From Pseudoalteromonas tetraodonis (lineage in GTDB: Bacteria > Pseudomonadota > Gammaproteobacteria > Enterobacterales > Alteromonadaceae): a DNA stretch of 32,000 nucleotides. The notes below the pieces were generated by a model. That model searched no databases. It had not been told where the DNA came from and was given only the letters and a program-made list of their open reading frames with translations. The position numbers and the translations under genes were made by a program. The stretch lies in NCBI RefSeq assembly GCF_002310835.1, contig NZ_CP011041.1, positions 180,001 through 212,000 on the forward strand, in the 5' to 3' direction. How positions within the stretch are numbered: the stretch's first letter is position 1; each line of letters opens with the position of its first letter. This document shows positions 19,265 through 27,842 of the stretch, one piece after another.

Positions 19265-20149
19265 TTAATGCCAAGATAAAATGGTGTTGTTTGCCGATGA
19301 AATGTCATCTGTGTGTGTCAGCTCAAGGTGTGTTAAAGGTGGGCGTAAATACGGACTGCCAATACGCCCTTGTAAATGCATTAACACTTTGACTGGGATA
19401 GGGTTGGCTACTGAAAATAAGCTATTGATAGCACTAGACCACTGGACAAAAAGATTAGGGTGTTGGCCGCTTAAACTGCGCTTTACAAACTCATGGGTTT
19501 GCACTGGCCATGCATTGGCTGCAACCGACACTAAACCTTTTGCACCTGCTTGGGCAAAATAAGGCATGAGGGCATCGTCACCACTAAAAATGGCTAGTTC
19601 AGGCGCTGCTTGTCGATAGGCTTCAAATTGAGAGATAGAGCCACTGGCTTCTTTCAGTGCCCATAAATTTTTATGTTGTTTGAGGTTTTCAATGGTTGCA
19701 ATGGGAATGCTAACCGCACTACGTCCTGGTACGTTATAAAGCATACAAGGATGAGAACTGGCATTGAGTAAGCTTTCAAACCAATGCGTTTGCCCCACTG
19801 CACCGGGTTTGGCATACAAAGGCGAGCCGAGTAAAAAACCATGGATAGGCAGCTGGTTGCAGTAATTAACCCATTCAAGCTGTTGCTTTAAGTTACTACC
19901 GCCTACCGCAACCATAAGGGGGACGCTCGGCTGTAATTGGCAGACATGCTCTACGATGGCTTGCTGTTCTTTGAGGGTAAGGGCTAACCCTTCGCCGGTG
20001 CTACCTAGCAGTAAAATGCCATTGTTAGCGGCTTCTTGTTCGGCCACCAAGGTGTCTAAGGTTGCGTAATCAACTAGGCCATTTTGATCAAATGGGGTGA
20101 TCAGCGCAGTCCATAAATGGAAATTGTTAATATTGAAGTTGTTGATCAT
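19265..20149 (-). CDS. dapA: 4-hydroxy-tetrahydrodipicolinate synthase, DapA-like
   Basis: DHDPS/NAL family motifs are present: GSTGEG, LYNVPGRS (with the Arg used for aspartate-semialdehyde binding in DHDPS), the Schiff-base Lys in ALKEASG, and NPIPVK. Confidence 0.82.
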   Translation of the reverse strand: MINNFNINNFHLWTALITPFDQNGLVDYATLDTLVAEQEAANNGILLLGSTGEGLALTLKEQQAIVEHVCQLQPSVPLMVAVGGSNLKQQLEWVNYCNQLPIHGFLLGSPLYAKPGAVGQTHWFESLLNASSHPCMLYNVPGRSAVSIPIATIENLKQHKNLWALKEASGSISQFEAYRQAAPELAIFSGDDALMPYFAQAGAKGLVSVAANAWPVQTHEFVKRSLSGQHPNLFVQWSSAINSLFSVANPIPVKVLMHLQGRIGSPYLRPPLTHLELTHTDDISSANNTILSWH

Positions 20150-20251
20150 CTCTCACGAACTTATAGGGCATTCGTCGAGTTTTTGGCGGGTATTTAGGAT
20201 GCCTGACTCTTTGAATGTGTTTATAATTCGAAGAGCGAATGGGCTTAAATA

Positions 20252-20450
20252 ATAGGGCGCACGGCCTTATTATACTAAGACCAGAAGCTCTCCACCAAAT
20301 ATGTTATTGGTGACAGTCGCTAGGATTCAGCCTAGTCGCCCGAAGCAACCTTTCACAAAAAAGTGTTACCTCTCGGCGTTAATTCCCCTCACGTATGCTC
20401 AATGGAGTTTGCGCTCCTAACATACGCTACCTGAATAACGCACCTCTTCC
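20252..20450 (-). promoter_or_regulatory. Lysine riboswitch (L-box) aptamer in the leader of the dapA-like operon
   Basis: The minus-strand RNA contains AGAGGUGCG, then GCGUAUG..GGAG..CUCC..CAUACGU GAGGGG, then ACGCCGAGAGG, then CUAGGCUGAAUCCUAG, then CUGUCACCAA...UUGGUGGAGAGCUUCUGG, then GUGCGCCCU. The order and wording match the conserved L-box blocks of E. coli lysC and B. subtilis lysC leaders as I remember them. Confidence 0.85.
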
Positions 20451-20514
20451 AGCCCTTTGCACTTGCTATTGAAAAATCAATCAGCAAATACAATGTAATA
20501 GGGTAAGTGTGGCG

Positions 20515-20544
20515 ATTAAACCACTTTAGCCGTCTAGGTGTCAA
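20515..20544 (-). promoter_or_regulatory. Candidate sigma-70 promoter for the riboswitch transcript
   Basis: The minus strand reads TTGACA-18 nt-TTTAAT, about 60 nt upstream of the aptamer 5' end. This rests on sequence pattern only. Confidence 0.3.
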
Positions 20545-20643
20545 GTGACTAAATATAGATAGATTCATCCTGATTGACAGTTATTACGTATTAGCTGCTT
20601 TTCTCGTACACTAGTACTATTGTCGAAGTAAGGTATTAAGCAG

Positions 20644-21342
20644 ATGGAAAAATTTAGTGATATTTATAAGCGAGCGGTAGAGCGAAAGGGCTCTGAAAAA
20701 ATGCTTAAGTTGTTACTCGCAAAACCTTTATCAACAAAGCAACTCGTCACATTAAGTGATGATGATTGGCTAGAAGAATTTACTCGGAAAGTTTTTCAAA
20801 GTGGTTTTTATTGGTCGGTGATCAACAGTAAGTGGGCCGGATTTAGAGAGGTTTTCTGGGATTTCAATGTTGAAAAACTATTGATGATGCCACCGGATAT
20901 GCTTGAGCAAAAAGCCAGTGATGAGCGGATTGTACGCAACTATAAAAAAGTAAAAACTATTACTGAAAATGCGTATATGATCCACGAAGTTGCAGAGCAA
21001 TACGGCAGCTTTAGTGAGTTTATTGCTAACTGGCCAAGTGAAGATATTATTGGCTTGTGGGCGTATTTAAAAAAGCATGGTGCAAGGCTTGGTGGTAATA
21101 CCGGCCCTTATGCGCTGCGCGCCTTAGGAAAAGATACTTTTTTACTTTCAAGAGACGTAGAAAGCTATTTGCGTGCCCATAAAATTATAGATGGCGGATT
21201 ACAAACTAAAAAGTCACTAAGTGCGGCGCAGGCATTCTTTAATGAACTGCAGCAGCAAAGCGGCTTAAGCATGCAAGAGCTAAGCTTAATTGTCGCTTAT
21301 GGTGTAGGTGACAATCGCGTAGGTATCAGCCAAAAACAATAG
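20644..21342 (+). CDS. DNA-3-methyladenine glycosylase I (Tag)-like helix-hairpin-helix protein
   Basis: The central region aligns by eye with E. coli Tag (QSGFYWSVINSKWAGFREVF vs QAGLSWITVLKKRENYRACF; IVRNYKKVKTITENA vs IIRHRGKIQAIIGNA). The Tag N-terminal Zn and catalytic residues are not evident. Confidence 0.6.
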   Translation: MEKFSDIYKRAVERKGSEKMLKLLLAKPLSTKQLVTLSDDDWLEEFTRKVFQSGFYWSVINSKWAGFREVFWDFNVEKLLMMPPDMLEQKASDERIVRNYKKVKTITENAYMIHEVAEQYGSFSEFIANWPSEDIIGLWAYLKKHGARLGGNTGPYALRALGKDTFLLSRDVESYLRAHKIIDGGLQTKKSLSAAQAFFNELQQQSGLSMQELSLIVAYGVGDNRVGISQKQ

Positions 21343-21350
21343 GATTAAAC

Positions 21351-22760
21351 ATGAAATTAGTGCCAAGGTATACCGACATTGGTGAGGGGTTTGCAATTAG
21401 CGATCATCCAGCCAAGGTGACAGCGCCACAGTTATTGTTATGGAATGAGCCCCTAGCTAAGCAATTTAATATACAGGTGAGTGCCGATTCTCGAGCAAAT
21501 ATATTTAGCGGTAATGAACCCCAAGCGATTTCTGCGGTGGCACTGGGATATTCTGGTCATCAGTTTGGTCACTTTTCACCGCGACTAGGGGATGGTAGGG
21601 CACATTTGCTCGGTGCGATTAGCGATGATAAAAATCAGCTTTGGGATCTGCAATTAAAAGGCGCTGGTGCTACGCCATTTTCGCGCGGAGGCGATGGCCG
21701 CTGTGCATTAGGTCCAGCTATTCGTGAGTACGTAATGAGCGAAGCTATGCACGCGCTTGGCATTCCAACAACGCGTTGTTTAGCCGTGGTTGGCAGTGGC
21801 GAAACCGTTTATCGCAACCCACCTCAACCAGGTGCTATTGTAACCCGACTCGCCAGCAGTCATATTCGGGTGGGCTCGTTTCAATATTTAGCCACTCAAG
21901 GTGACGTTACTAGCCTAAAAAACTTAGCCGACTTAGCCATTCAAAGACACTATCCCGAGATTAACAGCACTGGCGCTCAGCGTTATTTAGATTTTTTAGC
22001 CGCAGTGATAACCAATCAAGTTAACTTAGTCGTAAGTTGGATGAGGGTGGGGTTTATTCATGGGGTAATGAATACCGACAACACCTTAATTAGTGGTGAA
22101 ACCATAGATTACGGTCCATGTGCCATGATGAACCAGTTTGATTTTGATACCGTGTTTAGCTCTATTGATAAACAAGGGCGTTATGCGTTTGGTAATCAGC
22201 CAAACATGGCAAGTTGGAACTGTGCCCGCTTAGCAGAGAGTCTAATAGCGCTGATCAGTGACGATGACGAGCAAGCGGTGGCAATGATGACGCCTTTAAT
22301 TGAGGGCTTTTCAACGCAATTTAATCAGCAATTTAGCGCTATGTGGGCACAAAAGTTAGGGCTAACAATAGCTGATGATAAAGATAATGAGCTGGTGGGG
22401 GAGTTACTAGGGTTATTAAAACAACACCAGCTTGATTATACCAATACTTTTAATGCACTCACTGAGTCGTTAAATGGGCAAGCTGAAATACCATTAGCAC
22501 TTACCTCTTGGGCACAGCAATGGCAAACACGAACTAATGAGCACAGCTATCAAGTGATGCGACAAGCCAATCCGAGCGTGATCCCACGTAACCATATTAT
22601 TGAAGATATTATTACGCAGTACACTACGCATGGGGATAGTGAGCTACTCAGTCGTTTTAGCAAAGTGATGTCGAGCCCTTACACAAGCCATGCGCAGGCC
22701 ACTGAGTTTCAAACGCCGCCCGAAGATGATAAGAATTATCGTACTTTTTGCGGTACTTAA
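21351..22760 (+). CDS. selO: Protein adenylyltransferase SelO (YdiU)
   Basis: At 469 aa it is full-length collinear with the SelO/YdiU family (GHQFG, LGDGRA, GAG.TPFSR.GDGR, HGVMNTDN). Confidence 0.92.
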   Translation: MKLVPRYTDIGEGFAISDHPAKVTAPQLLLWNEPLAKQFNIQVSADSRANIFSGNEPQAISAVALGYSGHQFGHFSPRLGDGRAHLLGAISDDKNQLWDLQLKGAGATPFSRGGDGRCALGPAIREYVMSEAMHALGIPTTRCLAVVGSGETVYRNPPQPGAIVTRLASSHIRVGSFQYLATQGDVTSLKNLADLAIQRHYPEINSTGAQRYLDFLAAVITNQVNLVVSWMRVGFIHGVMNTDNTLISGETIDYGPCAMMNQFDFDTVFSSIDKQGRYAFGNQPNMASWNCARLAESLIALISDDDEQAVAMMTPLIEGFSTQFNQQFSAMWAQKLGLTIADDKDNELVGELLGLLKQHQLDYTNTFNALTESLNGQAEIPLALTSWAQQWQTRTNEHSYQVMRQANPSVIPRNHIIEDIITQYTTHGDSELLSRFSKVMSSPYTSHAQATEFQTPPEDDKNYRTFCGT

Positions 22761-23080
22761 GTATGGTTTATTGCATTTTAAAATGAATATAAAAGGTCAT
22801 TTTTTACCCCAGCGACGTTCATTCATAGAGCAAACTATGAACGGGTGATACCATAACTCCATAAAAGCCAGTGATCGTGTGGGGTTTAAAGCGATTGTTT
22901 GCTTTTTGAGCTAGCCTGTGTTCATCGACATTTTTTATGAGCTAGTTTTATTATCCTAGATATTGAAAAAATATATTTGCGTTAAGTATTGATTAACAAA
23001 GACTCAGTTACTGTATAGGTAAGTTAGAAGAGCTAGCAATGCTTAGCTACATTTTTAGTTGTTAAAATGGGAAGAAAACA

Positions 23081-24145
23081 ATGAAATTAAAATCACTTAC
23101 AATGGCTATTGCGTTAGCTGCAACTAGCGCATCTACTTTCGCAGCCGAGCAAGAAGGCTTTTACATCGGTGCATTCGGCGATTATTACGATGCTTCGTGG
23201 AAAAACATGCGTGAGCAAGCTGGCCTTGACGTTAATGAGTCAACAGGCTGGGGTGCTGAATTAGGCTACCGCTTTAATGATTACTGGAGTGCGCGTTTAG
23301 AGTACGCAGACCTAGACTTTAATGCTCACGACAAAGTATTGAATAACCGCAACGATATTGACGGCGAACGTTACGGTATCGATGCACTTTACCACTTTGG
23401 TGGCGGTCCTTTCTACGGTTTATTTGGTCTGAAAGATATTGATGTTGTTGATGACAACACGTTTGTAAACGCAGGTGTAGGTTACCGACACTTTGTTACA
23501 GACAACTTTTTTGTTAATGCTGAAACCAGTGTTTACCAAGGTTTAGACAAAGGCTACACAGATGTTGGCGCTAAATTAGGTATAAACTACTTCTTTGGTC
23601 AAAAATCGGCGCCAGTAGCACCGGTTGAGCCTGCACCACAGCCAGAGCCAGAAATTGTTCCTGTGCCGGTAGCACTTGCTGATACAGATAAAGACAGCAT
23701 TCCTGATGTAGATGATAAATGTGCCAATACACCTATGACAGATGCTGTTGGTAGCGATGGTTGTACACTTTATGAAGATACTGAAGTAACAGTAAGCTTG
23801 TTAGTAACATTCCCTAACAATGACTCGTCAGTTTCACAGCAGTACTTAAATGATATTGATGAAGTAGCGACTTTCTTAAAAGAGTACCCAGATACAACAG
23901 TGCTTCTTGAAGGTCATACGTCTGCAGTAGGTAAAGCGTCTTACAATAAATGGTTATCTAAAAAACGTGCTGATGCAGTAGCTAAAAAGCTAATTGCTGA
24001 TGGTATTGCAGAAGATCGCATTACAACGGCAGGTTTAGGTGAAGAACGCCTTAAAAATGAAGCGAATACGGCAAAAGCGCATGCTGAAAACCGCCGCGTT
24101 GAAGCACACGTAAAATCTATTAAACGTGTAAAAGTATTACGTTAA
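23081..24145 (+). CDS. OmpA-family outer membrane protein with thrombospondin-type-3-like linker
   Basis: It has a signal peptide, an N-terminal beta-barrel-like region with alternating aromatics, a Pro-rich hinge (APVAPVEPAPQPEPEIVPVP), a DTDKDSIPDVDDKC Ca-binding-like repeat and a C-terminal OmpA domain (LEGHTS..G....N..LS..RA..V). Confidence 0.85.
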   Translation: MKLKSLTMAIALAATSASTFAAEQEGFYIGAFGDYYDASWKNMREQAGLDVNESTGWGAELGYRFNDYWSARLEYADLDFNAHDKVLNNRNDIDGERYGIDALYHFGGGPFYGLFGLKDIDVVDDNTFVNAGVGYRHFVTDNFFVNAETSVYQGLDKGYTDVGAKLGINYFFGQKSAPVAPVEPAPQPEPEIVPVPVALADTDKDSIPDVDDKCANTPMTDAVGSDGCTLYEDTEVTVSLLVTFPNNDSSVSQQYLNDIDEVATFLKEYPDTTVLLEGHTSAVGKASYNKWLSKKRADAVAKKLIADGIAEDRITTAGLGEERLKNEANTAKAHAENRRVEAHVKSIKRVKVLR

Positions 24146-24163
24146 TAGCCTCATTATTGAGTA

Positions 24164-24191
24164 AAAACCCAGCTTAGGCTGGGTTTTTTTA
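24164..24191 (+). terminator. Rho-independent terminator of the ompA-family gene
   Basis: ACCCAGC-TTAG-GCTGGGT is followed by TTTTTT. Confidence 0.88.
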
Positions 24192-24400
24192 TGGCTGCTT
24201 AATAGGTATTCATGGGATTTGGTTTTACTTTTTTCACTATTCATATTATTAATAATCGGTATAACTAGTTGCCTAACTGGATGGATTTTAATCTATGCAC
24301 AAAAGCTTTATAATCGGCAGATAGAATACTATAAGTATTGGGTTATGGTGTGTTTAGTAAACACCACCGAATACTTTAACGTCACCAAGAGGGCAATACT

Positions 24401-26998
24401 GTGCTACAAGAATATCGTAAACACGTAGAAGAACGTGCCGCGTTAGGTATCGTACCAGCGCCATTAGATGCTCAGCAGACGGCTGATCTTATTGAGCTAA
24501 TTAAAACGCCACCGGCAGGTGAAGAAGAGTTCATCCTAGAACTACTGATCAACCGCGTACCACCAGGTGTTGATGATGCAGCCTACATTAAAGCAGGATT
24601 TTTAGCGGCTGTTGCTAAAGGTGAAGCTGTTTCTCCGTTGATTTCTAAAGAAAAAGCAGCTGAGTTACTAGGTACTATGCTCGGTGGCTACAATATTGCG
24701 CCAATGGTTGAACTACTTGATGACGAAGCGTTAGCGCCAATTGTAGTAAAAGGCCTTTCGAACACATTATTAATGTTTGATGCGTTCTACGATGTAGAAG
24801 AAAAAGCAAAAGCAGGTAATGCATACGCCAAGCAAATTATAGAGTCTTGGGCTGCTGCAGAATGGTTTATCAATAAGCCAGCCGTTGCTGAAAAAATCTC
24901 TGTTACGGTATTTAAAGTCACTGGCGAGACAAACACAGATGATTTATCACCAGCACCAGATGCATGGTCACGTCCTGATATTCCACTTCATGCATTAGCT
25001 ATGCTTAAAAATGAGCGTGATGGTATTAACCCTGACAAAGACGGTGAAGTAGGTCCAATCACTCAGCTTGAAGAATTAAAAACTAAAGGCTTACCACTTG
25101 CTTACGTAGGTGACGTTGTTGGTACAGGCTCTTCGCGTAAGTCTGCAACAAACTCTGTGCTTTGGTTTATGGGGGATGATATCCCATTCGTACCAAACAA
25201 GCGCGTGGGTGGTGTATGTTTAGGTAACAAGATTGCGCCTATTTTTTTCAATACAATGGAAGACTCGGGTGCGTTACCAATCGAATTAAATGTTGATGAA
25301 TTCAACATGGGTGACCAAATCGACATCTACCCTTATGAAGGTGTTGTGAAACGTCATGGTACTGATGATGTGATCTCTACATTTGAACTTAAATCAGAGG
25401 TAATTTTAGACGAAGTTCGTGCTGGTGGTCGTATTCCATTGATCATTGGTCGTGGTCTTACAGACAAAGCACGTACATCATTAGGTTTAGGCGCAACTGA
25501 CGTATTTAAAGTACCAGCAATGACTGAAGTATCAGACAAAGGCTTTACGCTTGCGCAAAAAATGGTTGGTAAAGCATGTAACGTTGCCGGTATTCGCCCA
25601 GGCCAATACTGTGAACCTAAAATGACCACGGTTGGCTCGCAAGATACAACAGGTCCTATGACGCGTGATGAGCTTAAAGACTTAGCCTGTTTAGGTTTCT
25701 CTGCAGATTTAACAATGCAGTCTTTTTGTCATACATCCGCTTACCCTAAGCCAATCGATGTAAACACGCACCATACGCTTCCTGATTTTATTATGAATCG
25801 TGGCGGTGTATCGCTTCGCCCTGGTGACGGTGTAATTCACTCATGGTTAAACCGTATGTTATTACCAGATACCGTAGGTACGGGTGGTGATTCACATACA
25901 CGTTTCCCATTAGGTATTTCATTCCCAGCAGGTTCGGGGGCGGTAGCGTTCGCAGCTGCAACGGGTGTAATGCCACTAGATATGCCTGAATCAATTTTGG
26001 TTCGTTTTAAAGGTGAAATGCAACCGGGTATCACTTTACGTGACCTTGTACATGCTATCCCTTATTTTGGTATCAAAGAAGGCCTATTAACGGTTGAGAA
26101 GAAAGGTAAAATCAACGAATTCTCTGGTCGCATACTAGAAATTGAAGGGGTTGAGCACTTAACGGTTGAGCAAGCGTTTGAGCTATCCGATGCATCTGCA
26201 GAGCGTTCAGCTGCTGGCTGTACTGTTAAGCTTTCTAAAGAGTCTATCAGCGAATACCTTGAGTCTAATATTGTTATGCTTAAGTGGATGATTTCTGAAG
26301 GTTACGGCGATGTACGTACGATTGAACGTCGTGTTACTGCAATGCAAGACTGGTTAGCAAACCCAGAGCTAATGGAAGCTGATAAAGACGCAGAGTACAA
26401 ACACGTACTTGAAATCGACCTTGCTGAGATTAAAGAGCCAGTACTGTGTGCGCCAAATGATCCTGATGATGCACGCCTACTTTCTGATGTGACAGGCGAG
26501 AAAATCGATGAAGTATTTATCGGTTCTTGTATGACTAATATTGGTCACTTCCGTGCTGCAGGTAAATTACTCGATGGCTTTAAAGGGCGTATTCCAACAC
26601 AGCTTTGGGTTGCTCCACCAACGAAAATGGATAAAGACCAACTTACAGACGAAGGTTACTACGGTATTTTTGGTCGTGTTGGTGCACGTATTGAAACGCC
26701 AGGGTGTTCACTGTGTATGGGTAACCAAGCACGTGTTGCGGACAAAGCAACGGTTGTGTCTACTTCTACACGTAACTTCCCTAACCGTTTAGGTACAGGG
26801 GCAAACGTATTCTTAGCATCAGCAGAGCTGGCAGCAGTAGCAGCAATTTTAGGCAAATTACCTACACCTACTGAGTACCAAGAATACGCAGCGAAGATCA
26901 ATGCAACGGCAGCAGATACCTACCGTTACTTGAACTTTCACCGTATGCCTCAGTACACTAAAAAGGCAGACAACGTAATTATTCAGCAAGCTGTATAA
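24401..26998 (+). CDS. acnB: Aconitate hydratase B / 2-methylisocitrate dehydratase
   Basis: The 865-aa product is near-collinear with E. coli AcnB from [14 protein letters not shown] to the C-terminus. It uses a GTG start preceded by AAGAGGG. Confidence 0.97.
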   Translation: MLQEYRKHVEERAALGIVPAPLDAQQTADLIELIKTPPAGEEEFILELLINRVPPGVDDAAYIKAGFLAAVAKGEAVSPLISKEKAAELLGTMLGGYNIAPMVELLDDEALAPIVVKGLSNTLLMFDAFYDVEEKAKAGNAYAKQIIESWAAAEWFINKPAVAEKISVTVFKVTGETNTDDLSPAPDAWSRPDIPLHALAMLKNERDGINPDKDGEVGPITQLEELKTKGLPLAYVGDVVGTGSSRKSATNSVLWFMGDDIPFVPNKRVGGVCLGNKIAPIFFNTMEDSGALPIELNVDEFNMGDQIDIYPYEGVVKRHGTDDVISTFELKSEVILDEVRAGGRIPLIIGRGLTDKARTSLGLGATDVFKVPAMTEVSDKGFTLAQKMVGKACNVAGIRPGQYCEPKMTTVGSQDTTGPMTRDELKDLACLGFSADLTMQSFCHTSAYPKPIDVNTHHTLPDFIMNRGGVSLRPGDGVIHSWLNRMLLPDTVGTGGDSHTRFPLGISFPAGSGAVAFAAATGVMPLDMPESILVRFKGEMQPGITLRDLVHAIPYFGIKEGLLTVEKKGKINEFSGRILEIEGVEHLTVEQAFELSDASAERSAAGCTVKLSKESISEYLESNIVMLKWMISEGYGDVRTIERRVTAMQDWLANPELMEADKDAEYKHVLEIDLAEIKEPVLCAPNDPDDARLLSDVTGEKIDEVFIGSCMTNIGHFRAAGKLLDGFKGRIPTQLWVAPPTKMDKDQLTDEGYYGIFGRVGARIETPGCSLCMGNQARVADKATVVSTSTRNFPNRLGTGANVFLASAELAAVAAILGKLPTPTEYQEYAAKINATAADTYRYLNFHRMPQYTKKADNVIIQQAV

Positions 26999-27013
26999 TT
27001 TATAGAGTGTGTT

Positions 27014-27041
27014 TAAAAAACTCGCTTCGGCGGGTTTTTTA
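27014..27041 (+). terminator. Rho-independent terminator of acnB
   Basis: AACTCGC-TTCG-GCGGGTT (one G-U pair) is followed by TTTT and preceded by an A-tract. Confidence 0.8.
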
Positions 27042-27199
27042 TTGTCCAAATAAAATATTAGATAGATAATGCTTAATTCGCTGCATGATTGTATTAACTT
27101 TCGTTAAATATCGTCATTGATATGGTTAATAAAGCAAAAAATCCTCTCTACATGCATTAAAATCCTCGACAATATTATCATTATTATAAGCAGGATTTT

Positions 27200-27832
27200 A
27201 TGACCGCATTAAACAACCAGAATTTACTGCAACTTCGTTTTATTAACCAAGCCAATATTGATTTGGTTAAGCCTTCTTTTGATAACTTACCTGCAAATCC
27301 TTATGCAGATGGTGCGTTTCGTAAACGCCGTTATTCAGTGGTTAAATTACAAAATGGTGAGCTTAATCTTCAAGCGACCAAAGCGTTTGTGCAAGACGAT
27401 TCAATTAATACCTTTCAAGGTAATGTTGAGCGTACTTACGAAAACTTAGAGCAAAGCTTGCTTGAGTCTGAGGGTATGAAAAGCATTGTTAGCGAATTTG
27501 CAGCGATCACCGGCATTGACGCAGAGCGTGATATTGAAATTCACCAATTTAGAATGCTTGCCATTGATAGCGATACGCCAGCAGCTCCAGAAGGTGTGCA
27601 TCAAGATGGGTTTGACCATGTGTGTGTATGTGGTGTTTCTCATGAAAATTTAGAAGGTGGTGAGCTATTGGTTTATGAAAACCAACAAGCTGAACCGTGT
27701 TTTAAAATGGAAATAAAAGACGGCATGTTTGCACTAATTAATGACCGTCAGGTATGGCATAACGCCACGCCAATGAACAAAATTGATGCTAACAAACCAG
27801 GTTACCTGGATTGCTTTGTACTAACTGCTTAA
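27200..27832 (+). CDS. 2OG-Fe dioxygenase family protein (PF10014-type, free-amino-acid hydroxylase-like)
   Basis: The facial-triad context is GVHQDGFDH ... VWHNATP. The size (210 aa) and motif layout fit the family that includes L-isoleucine dioxygenase IDO. Confidence 0.7.
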   Translation: MTALNNQNLLQLRFINQANIDLVKPSFDNLPANPYADGAFRKRRYSVVKLQNGELNLQATKAFVQDDSINTFQGNVERTYENLEQSLLESEGMKSIVSEFAAITGIDAERDIEIHQFRMLAIDSDTPAAPEGVHQDGFDHVCVCGVSHENLEGGELLVYENQQAEPCFKMEIKDGMFALINDRQVWHNATPMNKIDANKPGYLDCFVLTA

Positions 27833-27842
27833 GAGAAATAAA

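Noticed and set aside
24219-24428. A 69-aa ORF upstream of and overlapping the acnB start.
   Set aside because: It has a non-ATG start, no RBS and a low-complexity hydrophobic, AT-rich translation. It lies in the acnB promoter/leader and overlaps the well-supported acnB GTG start that has a strong AAGAGGG SD.
474-27643. About 35 short (61-139 aa) ORFs from the six-frame track. They are embedded in or antisense to ntrC, ntrB, DUF4124, glnA, typA, CBM9-like, yihY, yiiD, the dapA-operon genes, acnB and the PF10014 gene.
   Set aside because: All lie wholly inside much longer ORFs that have clear family signatures. Their translations are low-complexity (Ser/Leu/Arg/Pro-rich), as is typical of off-frame reading. 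None has an independent RBS or a recognisable motif.
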